Source: an uncultured Bacilli bacterium (GTDB lineage: Bacteria; Bacillota_I; Bacilli_A; RF39; UBA660). Taken from it: DNA of 43,321 nucleotides. Shown here one piece after another: positions 28,136-37,511 of the stretch. The notes under the pieces are model-generated. The model was not told the DNA's origin. It ran no database searches and saw nothing but the letters and a program-made list of their open reading frames with translations. How positions within the stretch are numbered: the stretch's first letter is position 1; each line of letters starts with the position of its first letter. The position numbers were made by a program, and so were the translations under genes. The DNA lies in contig CALVOY010000015.1 in NCBI GenBank assembly GCA_944350415.1, positions 1 through 43,321 of the forward strand. The letters are read 5' to 3'.

Positions 28136-28257
28136 AATTTAACGAGTTCATCAAGAATATAATTTAATAACAAAATGTAGAACAATATCATCTTAAATCA
28201 GAATAGTATTACCTAGATTTTGTTATTAAACTACACTAATGTTTTCACCCTCAAATT
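28136..28257 (-). ncRNA. Candidate structured RNA (long hairpin) of unknown class
   Basis: 25-nt arms 28156-28180 and 28213-28237 pair with one mismatch and three G-U pairs on the minus strand; shorter inner and outer extensions. Confidence 0.4.
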
Positions 28258-28263
28258 CGCACG

Positions 28264-28305
28264 AAAAAATGACATTCTCAGGCTGTACTTCAAATGTCAT
28301 TTTTT
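28264..28305. terminator. Terminator-like hairpin after addA
   Basis: AAAAAATGACATT-16 nt-AATGTCATTTTTT. Confidence 0.65.
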
Positions 28306-28352
28306 ATGCCCTTATACTTATATCTCTTTTTTATTTGAGAACTTTATTATAA

Positions 28353-31300
28353 CTATCTAGTTTTACCAGAACGCATATCAACAATTTCATCTATTTGCTT
28401 CCATTTCTGATCCATAATAGAATACAAATAAATATATGATTTCTTTTTTGTCTTCTGTTCGATATACTTTTGATACCCTTTTAACTGTTCTAAATATTCT
28501 AAATCTTCAATATATTTTAGCTTATAATCAATAATATCTATATGTGTCTCATATTCTAGCATTAAATCAATAATCCCATGTTTTTCTTGATGGCTATCAT
28601 CTATCATATAAAATTCATATTCTTTTAGAACATTGGCCTCTTGAATATTAGATAAAAAAGGTTGTTCCAAAAAAGAAAGAATCAATTTCTTTTCAAATGA
28701 AGAAATATCTAGGGACTCTACCTGAGGGTTTTTAAAGTCAATCATTTCCAATAATTCATGAATCCGTATTCCAAAACTCATATTATCTTTTTGTTCTTTA
28801 GTTAATAAGCTATGAGTAGATTTAGAAAAATGAGTTTTTTCTACCAAAATTTCTTTATCATGTGAATACTCGGAAACATTAAAAAAAACAGGATCTATTT
28901 TCTCAAAAACTTTATCAGTATTCAAAATTTTATAATCTTGAGATAGTGGCACCTGATCTAAAGAAACAGGAAGGATGTAAGGTTCCAGAATTTCATAAAT
29001 ACTCTTTAAAATATCTAGAAAAGAACGATATTGTTCTCTTTCTGAACTACTAACAAAACCATCATTCAAATAACTTTCTTGTTCTTCTAAATTAGCAACC
29101 ACAATCATCTGTTCCTTACACCTAGTTAGTGCTACATAAAACAAACGTATCTTTTCACTAATTTCTTCTTTCATATATTTCTTTTTTAATAATAATTTAT
29201 AAAATGTATCTTGATACCCATTTTGAAAACTAGGAATCACAATCCCATACTCTGAATCAAATAAGACTTTTTCTTTTAAATCACTAATATTAAAAGAAAG
29301 AGATAATCCACTATAATAACAAATAGGATACTCTAACCCCTTCGACTTATGAATCGTCATAATTTGACAACTATTCTTATCCATAATAGAAACTGGTATT
29401 TTAATTGCTTTCCCACTATCTATAATATAATCTAAATAGACAATAAATCGATGATAATCATAACCTAGTTCTTGTAAATTACTAGCTAAATCTAAAAAAT
29501 ACTCTAAAACAGATATTCCCATTTGAACATTACCAAAAGTAATCAACTTTTTAGAAAATTCAAATTCTTCTATAATAATCGAAATAAGATTAGAAAGATT
29601 CATAGTAGATATCATATTCACTATTTTTTGAATTTTTTGAATAATCTCTGTTTCAAAATACAATTGCTTTTGAACAATATGAAATATTTCTTGATCGGGA
29701 TAGGAATATAAATAACTTCTGGCAATGCTCACAAAACAATACTGAAAACGATTTCCAAAATCTTTGGCTTCTAAACACTCTATTAATTTTAAAATATTAC
29801 GAATTAAATAAACTTCATTCTGATCCATAATATTTTCATCTCGTAAAATAGTTAACGGAATATTCATATACTCAAATATCTTTTTATATAGTGTGAATTT
29901 GCTACTTCGATCCATTAGAATAACAAAATCACTATATTGAATATCTCGTAAAACACCTGTATCTTTATCAAACACCTGATATTTTTCTTTTATTTTTTTC
30001 TGAATATCAGAAGCAATCGTAAAAGCTTCTATTTCATCTTTGGTATATTTTTTATAAATAGAATCTTTTTCGATTGAATAGTTTAGAATACGAATATTAT
30101 AGTCTTGCGTCGTAAGGCCTTCTTGAAGATAAGCATGATTGCCAAAAACCATTCGATGACTAGCTTGATAATCTGCTCCACCAAAGTCATCATCCATAAT
30201 AGCATCAAAAAAAATATTAATATTATCTAACACTTCTTTTCGACTACGGAAATTTTTATTTAAATCTATTTTAATTCCGCCCACTTTTTTAGAATAAAGA
30301 TCATATTTTTGCTTAAAAATCAAAGGATTTGCATTTCGAAAGCGATAAATAGACTGCTTAATATCCCCAACCATATAAGTATTATGATTCTCAATAAGAT
30401 GAATAAATTGTTCCTGTAAATCAGAAGTATCTTGATACTCATCAATCATAATTTCCTTAAAATAATTTTTTAATTCCGCACGAATATCGGGATATTGAAC
30501 TACCAAATCAATGGCTAATTTGGAAATATCTACAAATTCAAAAGCATTCATTTCATTTTTATAATGCCAAATTTGATCCTCTAGCTTTTGTATCAGTTCT
30601 ATAATAATTTGAATATCATTCTTAGTAGAACAGTAATCCTTGATCATCTCATCTCTATTTTCAAATAAACACATACTAGATAATTCTTCTAAATATTGTT
30701 TGATTCTTTCTTTATTTTTCTTTAACTGATTATCACTATTTTTAGGAAGTCTTGGTAATTTAATATCCAAACTACACTTTATATCTTCATAGCATTCTGC
30801 ATGGAATAAAGGGGCTAGCACTTCTAGAAACTGATAATAGCTATCTCCATCTAAAGCAAGTTCTAAATCTTTTAAAACAGAAGCTATTTCTTGAATTACA
30901 TTCTTTAAAAGCCTCTCATATTCTATAATTCCTTGATCGATTCTCTTAGGATCAAAATATACTTCTAAATAAGAAGTAAGGTAATCTTTTTTATCATATT
31001 TTAAATCCAACTTATCATTAATTGCTAAAATATATTGTTTGATTTCTTTATCATCACGTAGAGAAAAATTAGTAATTAGATTTAAAAAAGCCGGATCTTG
31101 TTGTTGATAATACTCATCAAAAAGCTTATCTAGCATTTCTTCTTTAACCAAGGAAATGGCATGTTCATCGATAATAGAAACATTTTCTTTTAAGTTCATT
31201 CGATCATGATATTTTTTCACAATCGATAATGCAAACGAATCAAAGGTAGTAATATAGGTTTTATCAATTCGATTGACTTGTTCCGTGAATCCATTCTTAG

Positions 31301-31514
31301 CTATTTTATCCCGAATACGGATCATCATTTCATAAGCCGCAGCTTTGGTGAAAGTAAGAATTAGAATTTCATCGATATTAACGCCTTCCTGCACTTTTCT
31401 TAAGGCTCGTTCTGATAAAACGGCTGTTTTTCCACTACCTGCTCCTGCACTTACTAAAATATTAGTTCCCTCTTGTTCAATCGCCTGCGTTTGTTCAGCT
31501 GTCCATTTTGGCAT
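28353..31514 (-). CDS. addA: ATP-dependent helicase/nuclease subunit A
   Basis: SAGAGSGKT, LTFT.AAA.EM, IDEYQD, VGD.KQSIYRFR, NFRS, TIHKSKGLE, YVALTR and nuclease GIID...IIDYK. Start ATG 31514. Confidence 0.95.
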   Translation of the reverse strand: MPKWTAEQTQAIEQEGTNILVSAGAGSGKTAVLSERALRKVQEGVNIDEILILTFTKAAAYEMMIRIRDKIAKNGFTEQVNRIDKTYITTFDSFALSIVKKYHDRMNLKENVSIIDEHAISLVKEEMLDKLFDEYYQQQDPAFLNLITNFSLRDDKEIKQYILAINDKLDLKYDKKDYLTSYLEVYFDPKRIDQGIIEYERLLKNVIQEIASVLKDLELALDGDSYYQFLEVLAPLFHAECYEDIKCSLDIKLPRLPKNSDNQLKKNKERIKQYLEELSSMCLFENRDEMIKDYCSTKNDIQIIIELIQKLEDQIWHYKNEMNAFEFVDISKLAIDLVVQYPDIRAELKNYFKEIMIDEYQDTSDLQEQFIHLIENHNTYMVGDIKQSIYRFRNANPLIFKQKYDLYSKKVGGIKIDLNKNFRSRKEVLDNINIFFDAIMDDDFGGADYQASHRMVFGNHAYLQEGLTTQDYNIRILNYSIEKDSIYKKYTKDEIEAFTIASDIQKKIKEKYQVFDKDTGVLRDIQYSDFVILMDRSSKFTLYKKIFEYMNIPLTILRDENIMDQNEVYLIRNILKLIECLEAKDFGNRFQYCFVSIARSYLYSYPDQEIFHIVQKQLYFETEIIQKIQKIVNMISTMNLSNLISIIIEEFEFSKKLITFGNVQMGISVLEYFLDLASNLQELGYDYHRFIVYLDYIIDSGKAIKIPVSIMDKNSCQIMTIHKSKGLEYPICYYSGLSLSFNISDLKEKVLFDSEYGIVIPSFQNGYQDTFYKLLLKKKYMKEEISEKIRLFYVALTRCKEQMIVVANLEEQESYLNDGFVSSSEREQYRSFLDILKSIYEILEPYILPVSLDQVPLSQDYKILNTDKVFEKIDPVFFNVSEYSHDKEILVEKTHFSKSTHSLLTKEQKDNMSFGIRIHELLEMIDFKNPQVESLDISSFEKKLILSFLEQPFLSNIQEANVLKEYEFYMIDDSHQEKHGIIDLMLEYETHIDIIDYKLKYIEDLEYLEQLKGYQKYIEQKTKKKSYIYLYSIMDQKWKQIDEIVDMRSGKTR

Positions 31515-33888
31515 TCTCCTCACCTCCTAGAAAATCTAAATTACGATGTTTTTCTAATTCGATATAATCTTTCTCTGTTTTGTAACAAAGATCACGATAA
31601 CTACAAAATTCACAACCTACTATATCCTTATCTATTCTTTTAGGATTGATGGAAAATTCTCCATTCAAAATACTTTCTACTGCTTCCTGTATCTTTTTGG
31701 ATACTAAATAATCCATACTTTCTATCTGTTTTGGATTTAATACCTTGGAATATGCATAAAATCCCTCTTTCTTCTTTTTAAGACCGCTAATTAGTTTACT
31801 ATCTTCATAAGTAATATCTAATTTTTCTAATAGTTCTTCTTGATCTATAGAATAACCAACCAATTTCAATGCATTTTCCTTCAATTCCTCGATACTTTTA
31901 CCTGGTACTTTCTTCATTTCTTTATTAATAATCTTTTGTAAATAAAATCCTACTACTTCTACATTAGGAAATAAATTACTCCTTTTAATAAAATATAAAT
32001 AAATAGGAAGTTGCATTCCAATTCCATAAATAATATTATTTAAATTAGAAGGTAAGTTTCCTGTTTTATAATCAATGATACTCACCAAAGTTTGATCCGG
32101 TTCTTTTAAATAGCTAATTTTATCTACAATCCCAACAAAATGAACCGGAAATTTTTGTGTATTTTCTATTGGAACTGTAAATTTTTTCTCATATAGAAAT
32201 TGATTGAATTGACTATAAGTTTTCTGCTTACGAATAATATCAATATCATACTGTAATTCCTGCTTTAACTTTTCTAATAAGACCATCTGTTTAAGAGAAA
32301 ATTCATATTTACGGATCTCCTGATCCCACTCTTTATCCAATTCAAAATCATCATCAAAAGATTTAGAAAGAATATAATGAAAAATAGTTCCAATATTTCT
32401 ATAAAATTCATCGCCAGTTTCTTCCTTTATCTTTAAAATATTACTGATATAATAACGAAAAGCACAACGATAATATTCATCAATAGTCGAATAAGATAAG
32501 GTAAAAGGATTCTTGAAACTAGCTATTAACTCTGGATGATCTAATTTCGTAAATTGATTTTTATAAGTTCTATATTCTAAATCCGGATAATTAGAACCTA
32601 GCATGTTCATTGTTTTATCTATTATTCCGTATTTATAAAATTGATCATATTGATTCGCAAGAACCATTTGATTATAAAAATGAGAAATTTGAAAAGAAAT
32701 AGATGGATTTTGAACAACAGAATATCCTTCTTCTGAAATTAAAATACTTGGATTATAAATATCAAAAGCAGTTTTTAATTTGTAAGTAATCATAAAAGAA
32801 AATGGTTGGTTCAAATAATTTTTTAAAGTTTTCATGCTATGAATATTCTTTTGATTACTATCCCATAAATCTAGTTCTTGCTTCATGGCATCCGATAAGA
32901 ATTCTATATCTTTATAAAGATGCGGATAATTTTCTTTATTAAAACCCATTACATAAACATAATCTTGTGAAGAAATTTGATTCCAATCGCATATACTAAC
33001 ACAATTTATTTTAGATGGAGTTGGTAAATTGGTATTCTTTAAGTCATATTCGATCATAGGATAAAGATTTTTTGATTCTTCTTCTAAGTCCACATAATGA
33101 TTTAAAATAGTTATAATTTGATTCAGTAAATCAGAATCCAATTCATCATGAAGATAGCTTTCTATAATATCAGAAAAACTAAGATTAGCCTTTATCTTAT
33201 TTAATAAATCTTTTCCTACTTCAATGCTATATAATGAAGTTTTACTTTCTAAATCCAAAGGAATATGACACCAAGAAAAAATCCTTTTCATAGGAAAGAA
33301 ATACTCATCGCTAGGAGTAATGATTTTAATATTTTGAATAGGAATACCTTGATCCAGCTTTTCCTTTATATGATGACAGACATAAGCAATTTCTTCATCT
33401 ATATAAGGAAATTCATAAACGGTATGCTTCTGAGGAGTAGTATGAATGCTAACTTTAACATAATTAGGAAAAGAAGAAAATATTTTTTCATAGAAAGGAT
33501 CTAAAAAATCATATCCATAAAGAATAATATTTGTATGTTTTAAATAGTTATGAAAAGCCGGATGGTGAATAAGTAGTTTTTGTTCCAACAACTCTGTTTT
33601 CAACGCTTTTAACTCGTTTAATTTAGGATTTTGATATTCCTTGTCTTCTATAAAATACATAGAATTTAAATATTCTATAATGATTTCGTATTTTAAATGT
33701 AATTTTTTCATAAGATAAAGAATGGTTTTCTTATCATAAGAAAACAAATAATTTTCTAGAAAGGTATGCACATCCATTATTTTATAAGAAATAAGTTCTG
33801 AAATACTATTTATTTCTGTAATCACATTTTTCTGTAAAGAATGAGGACAAATAATTAAATTATTATCTTTTAAGTATGCTGCTATCAT
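31495..33888 (-). CDS. addB: AddB-like nuclease subunit (shortened)
   Basis: LSYS.I..Y..C.F.YY, G.VDKI, IIDYKTG, QL.IY and C-terminal CEFC.Y..LC (Fe-S staple); overlaps addA. Confidence 0.85.
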   Translation of the reverse strand: MIAAYLKDNNLIICPHSLQKNVITEINSISELISYKIMDVHTFLENYLFSYDKKTILYLMKKLHLKYEIIIEYLNSMYFIEDKEYQNPKLNELKALKTELLEQKLLIHHPAFHNYLKHTNIILYGYDFLDPFYEKIFSSFPNYVKVSIHTTPQKHTVYEFPYIDEEIAYVCHHIKEKLDQGIPIQNIKIITPSDEYFFPMKRIFSWCHIPLDLESKTSLYSIEVGKDLLNKIKANLSFSDIIESYLHDELDSDLLNQIITILNHYVDLEEESKNLYPMIEYDLKNTNLPTPSKINCVSICDWNQISSQDYVYVMGFNKENYPHLYKDIEFLSDAMKQELDLWDSNQKNIHSMKTLKNYLNQPFSFMITYKLKTAFDIYNPSILISEEGYSVVQNPSISFQISHFYNQMVLANQYDQFYKYGIIDKTMNMLGSNYPDLEYRTYKNQFTKLDHPELIASFKNPFTLSYSTIDEYYRCAFRYYISNILKIKEETGDEFYRNIGTIFHYILSKSFDDDFELDKEWDQEIRKYEFSLKQMVLLEKLKQELQYDIDIIRKQKTYSQFNQFLYEKKFTVPIENTQKFPVHFVGIVDKISYLKEPDQTLVSIIDYKTGNLPSNLNNIIYGIGMQLPIYLYFIKRSNLFPNVEVVGFYLQKIINKEMKKVPGKSIEELKENALKLVGYSIDQEELLEKLDITYEDSKLISGLKKKKEGFYAYSKVLNPKQIESMDYLVSKKIQEAVESILNGEFSINPKRIDKDIVGCEFCSYRDLCYKTEKDYIELEKHRNLDFLGGEENAKMDS

Positions 33889-33960
33889 ATTATCACCAAC
33901 TATATAATTTCTGTTTTTATTATATCAAAAGAATAAAAAAAAAACCACAAAGTAGTAAAA

Positions 33961-33991
33961 CAAAAGAACATACCTTAAGTATGTTCTTTTG
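33961..33991 (-). terminator. Intrinsic terminator after the TasA-like gene
   Basis: CAAAAGAACATAC-CTTAA-GTATGTTCTTTTG, perfect 13-bp stem. Confidence 0.8.
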
Positions 33992-34008
33992 ATTCAGTAA
34001 TCCATTAA

Positions 34009-34911
34009 CTAACCTTGAACTACAGTAGCATTTGCATATACATTAACTGTTATAGTAAAAGTTTGACCACCTAATGGATAGAATTGTTCACTAGCTACAA
34101 ATCCTTTAGGAGCACTTTCTAAACTTGCTGTAGCAGCTTGAGTTACTGTATATAAGGTTCTAGCTGTATTATTTACATATGCAATTCTTTCATAATTAGC
34201 TTGTTCCCCTGCTTCTAATGCATAATAAGCAGTTGAAGTAATTAATTGATTAGCAGAAATTAAAGTATCAGCATTTAAAGGATCTGTACCTGTAGCAGCT
34301 GTTTTTAATACGAACTCATAAGGAGAATAATCTGCTGCACCTGTACCTGATTCATCACCTTTTACCCACATTTTTAATGTGAAATTTTCTGCATAATCTG
34401 GTGTATTAGCTGGTACTGTTCCTGCGAAGATAGTTCTTTCTTCTGTACCATCTGGTACTTGTACACTAGTTGGATTTAACTCACTAAACAATTTAACAGT
34501 ACCATCTTGAACAGTATAGTTAGTTCCACTTTCAGAACCATTAGCTTCCAAATATACTTTTACTTGATCACTAGATAAAGTAGAATCACTTTTCTTTCTA
34601 GCTGTTACGGTATAAGGAATGCTCGTATTTCCAGAAACAGTAGATGTAACTTTAAAATTAAATACATTATTATTTCCAGTCAATGCCTTTCCATCGTCAT
34701 CACTCATTGGTAGAGCATCTGTAATTTGAATTCCATTTCCAGCTCCTTCTAACTCATCATAGTAAAAGGTAATGGTTCCTGTTGAAATAGTATTTTCTGT
34801 TGTACCTTCTTTGGCATAACTAAAGAATGCATAGGTTACTCCAGCCGTAATTAATACCAAACTAATTACACCAAGTATTGAAAGTAATAACCCTGTTGAC
34901 TTTTTGTTCAT
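34009..34911 (-). CDS. SipW-type signal peptide protein (TasA/camelysin-like fibre subunit)
   Basis: Hydrophobic signal ending G.TYAFF followed by N.I.TG.I; Thr/Ala/Gly-rich beta-strand body. Start ATG 34911 after GGGAGGA. Confidence 0.75.
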   Translation of the reverse strand: MNKKSTGLLLSILGVISLVLITAGVTYAFFSYAKEGTTENTISTGTITFYYDELEGAGNGIQITDALPMSDDDGKALTGNNNVFNFKVTSTVSGNTSIPYTVTARKKSDSTLSSDQVKVYLEANGSESGTNYTVQDGTVKLFSELNPTSVQVPDGTEERTIFAGTVPANTPDYAENFTLKMWVKGDESGTGAADYSPYEFVLKTAATGTDPLNADTLISANQLITSTAYYALEAGEQANYERIAYVNNTARTLYTVTQAATASLESAPKGFVASEQFYPLGGQTFTITVNVYANATVVQG

Positions 34912-34960
34912 TTTATATTCCTCCCACATCATATTTAGATATCCTCATATCTTATAACTT

Positions 34961-34989
34961 ATTATAATAGAACCATCCTTTTTTTTCAA
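34961..34989 (-). promoter_or_regulatory. Sigma-A promoter of the TasA-like gene
   Basis: TTGAAA-17 bp-TATAAT. Confidence 0.75.
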
Positions 34990-35011
34990 GTACCAAAAAT
35001 CAAAAATTAAA

Positions 35012-36193
35012 TTAGTTAAATAGTTTCAAATAATTTTGTATTTCGTTTTGAAGATAAATATTGTTTTCTGCATCTAGAAAAAAGGCATATCTAAAGATAG
35101 AAAAACCAGTATAAGAAGGTAAATTTCTGATCACTTTAATTTGTTTCGCAATAATATCATCATCATGAATCCACTCATCCATACCGCTCCCTGCATAACG
35201 ATCTGTAGTACCGGACTTATAAATAGAAAGAGCAATCACTAATTTAGTATGATTCTGAATCAACTCTTTCCATTCATTAACCGTTTGAATAAAAGGCATT
35301 GTCTCATGTAAAAATCCATAATAAATTTGAGGCATGATATAGTCTACATATCCCTCTTCTTTTAACCATTTTTTGACATCTGCATAATGCATACTATAAT
35401 TATTTTCAACCTTACCATCCGGAGATACCCCAAATAATACATTGGGGTTTATACTCTTAATTGCTTCGTAAAGACCAGAAATCAATTCATTGATTTTACT
35501 TAATCGAAAATCAGTAAGAGAAATGGTATTTTCTACCTCTTGATAATTCTCTAAATCAATTGTCGAATCCGGATAAAAATAATCATCTAATAAAATTCCA
35601 TCAACATCATAATTAGAAACGATCTCTTTTACACCTTCTATCACCAACTTTTTTACTTCCTCACTAGCTGGATTATAAAAAATCCCTTTATTTTCAATAA
35701 CTTGAACATGATTGGTAGAAAGCCACTGATAAGCCGGATTATCTTTAGATAAAAAAGCAATATCCGTATCATTAGAAATACGATAAGGATTAACCCAAGC
35801 ATGTACATCCATTTGATTTTGATGAGCTACTTTAATAACATATTCCAAAATATCAAAATTCAATTTCTTTCCCTGAATACCAGTGATGGTATGAGAAAAA
35901 GGAAATATGTCAGACTCATAGACACTATCCGAAAAAGCTCGCACTTGAAAATAAATGCAATTAAAATGAAGATCCTTAGCTGTATGAATCATTCTATCAA
36001 TTTCTTGTTGAATCGTAGCAGCATCTTTATTTTGGAAATATTTCATGTATTCAATATAAGAAATAAAGACACCTCGTACTTCCGATGAAAATCGATTTGA
36101 ATTATTGGTTTTTTCTCTAGTTTGTATTATCATAAAGAAAACAAAAAAAGCAGTAATGATCATTACTGCCAAACAGCTAATTTTTTTGATCAT
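35012..36193 (-). CDS. Glycosyl hydrolase-like family 10 protein (GHL10/DUF187, YngK-like)
   Basis: EVRGVFI, FQVR...D..Y.S, HAWVNPYR, YDVDGI..DDYFYP, FGVSP.G and DYIMPQIY motifs; N-terminal TM. Confidence 0.9.
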   Translation of the reverse strand: MIKKISCLAVMIITAFFVFFMIIQTREKTNNSNRFSSEVRGVFISYIEYMKYFQNKDAATIQQEIDRMIHTAKDLHFNCIYFQVRAFSDSVYESDIFPFSHTITGIQGKKLNFDILEYVIKVAHQNQMDVHAWVNPYRISNDTDIAFLSKDNPAYQWLSTNHVQVIENKGIFYNPASEEVKKLVIEGVKEIVSNYDVDGILLDDYFYPDSTIDLENYQEVENTISLTDFRLSKINELISGLYEAIKSINPNVLFGVSPDGKVENNYSMHYADVKKWLKEEGYVDYIMPQIYYGFLHETMPFIQTVNEWKELIQNHTKLVIALSIYKSGTTDRYAGSGMDEWIHDDDIIAKQIKVIRNLPSYTGFSIFRYAFFLDAENNIYLQNEIQNYLKLFN

Positions 36194-36208
36194 AAAATCA
36201 CCTGCTTT

Positions 36209-36237
36209 ATTATATGTACAAGCTTTATTCTTTATTC
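36209..36237 (-). promoter_or_regulatory. Probable sigma-E promoter of the GHL10 gene
   Basis: GAATAAA-14 bp-CATATAAT, close to the sigma-E consensus and spacing. Confidence 0.6.
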
Positions 36238-37511
36238 AAATCCTTTGGCCTCATAATTACTATAGAGGCATTTGTAAAATCAATATTTTCTAACATCTTA
36301 TCATATTCTTTTTTATTTAATGAACGAAAAATGTCGACTTTATTAGGAATTATTTTTCCATACTCCATAATGTCTCCCACTACATTTTCTAAAGACATGT
36401 TAATATTGTCAATCATAACTACCTCCGAAGAAATCCAAACTTTTTTTAAACGATCTATTTCTTCTTCTGTAACATGAATATCTTCTAATTCTTGTTGAAT
36501 CTTAGCAATCAATTTCTCTGGAAATTGACTATCGGCTTTGAAAAGAATTAATAAATAATCCCCTACCAATTCCCTTTCCGTATAAAAAGAAGTCATCAAT
36601 TGTTCTCTTTTTAGTTCTTCACGAAAATAAGAAGATAATCCAAATTTAATAGTTAAGAATAACCCAATATATAAACTAAATAAATACCTATCTTTTACAT
36701 TTTTTAATGGGATTTTAATACCATATCCCACTTTGGTATTCATAACATGAAATTCTACTTCTACTTTCTTTTCGTTGACTTCTAAAGGTTCTTTTTCTTG
36801 GAATACATCAATTTTAAAATTTGTCTTAGCCTGATTTAAAGTTTCATTGTTTTTAATAATATCCATAGCCTCTTCTGTATCAAAATCACCACTGATTACT
36901 AAAAACATATTACTTGGCTGATAAAAAGTATAATAAGTATGGTATAAATCCTCTTTCGTAATTTGATAAATAGAGTCAACAGTCCCTGCAATATCTACAC
37001 GATGATTATCTTTTTGTAAAAGAGCCTTTTTCAACTGTTCTTCAAATTCCCACTCCACTTCATCATCATACTGCTTGATTTCTTCAGCAATAATTCCCTT
37101 TTCTTTTTCTACATTTTCATCCGTAAAATAAGGATTGCCAACGAAATCTAACAAGTAGTTTAAGTTTTCTTTAAAAGCTTGATTTCCTTCAAAATAATAA
37201 CGTGTACATTCAAAATTGGTTGAAGCATTCGAGTAAGTACCGGTCTTGGCAGCAAAAGTAAAAGGATCCATGCCATCTTCCTGTTCAAACATTTTATGCT
37301 CTAAAAAATGAGCAATACCATCTGGAACTGTAATTTTATTTTTTTGGTCAATCGGTGTAAAAGTAGTATGAATAGAACCATATTTTGTTAGATAGTGCAT
37401 AGCATAATTACTTTTGTTTTGATAAGGAATCAAAAATACTTCCAAACCATTTTCTAGTTTCTCATAGTAAACATTTTGATCTAACCCTTTTAATTCAATT
37501 GTTTTCACCAT
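36225..37511 (-). CDS. ymfH: M16 family zinc peptidase, active subunit (YmfH-like)
   Basis: PDGIAHFLEHKMF (HxxEH), NAST, VEKEKGII.EEI and FYQPSNM motifs. Confidence 0.9.
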   Translation of the reverse strand: MVKTIELKGLDQNVYYEKLENGLEVFLIPYQNKSNYAMHYLTKYGSIHTTFTPIDQKNKITVPDGIAHFLEHKMFEQEDGMDPFTFAAKTGTYSNASTNFECTRYYFEGNQAFKENLNYLLDFVGNPYFTDENVEKEKGIIAEEIKQYDDEVEWEFEEQLKKALLQKDNHRVDIAGTVDSIYQITKEDLYHTYYTFYQPSNMFLVISGDFDTEEAMDIIKNNETLNQAKTNFKIDVFQEKEPLEVNEKKVEVEFHVMNTKVGYGIKIPLKNVKDRYLFSLYIGLFLTIKFGLSSYFREELKREQLMTSFYTERELVGDYLLILFKADSQFPEKLIAKIQQELEDIHVTEEEIDRLKKVWISSEVVMIDNINMSLENVVGDIMEYGKIIPNKVDIFRSLNKKEYDKMLENIDFTNASIVIMRPKDLNKE

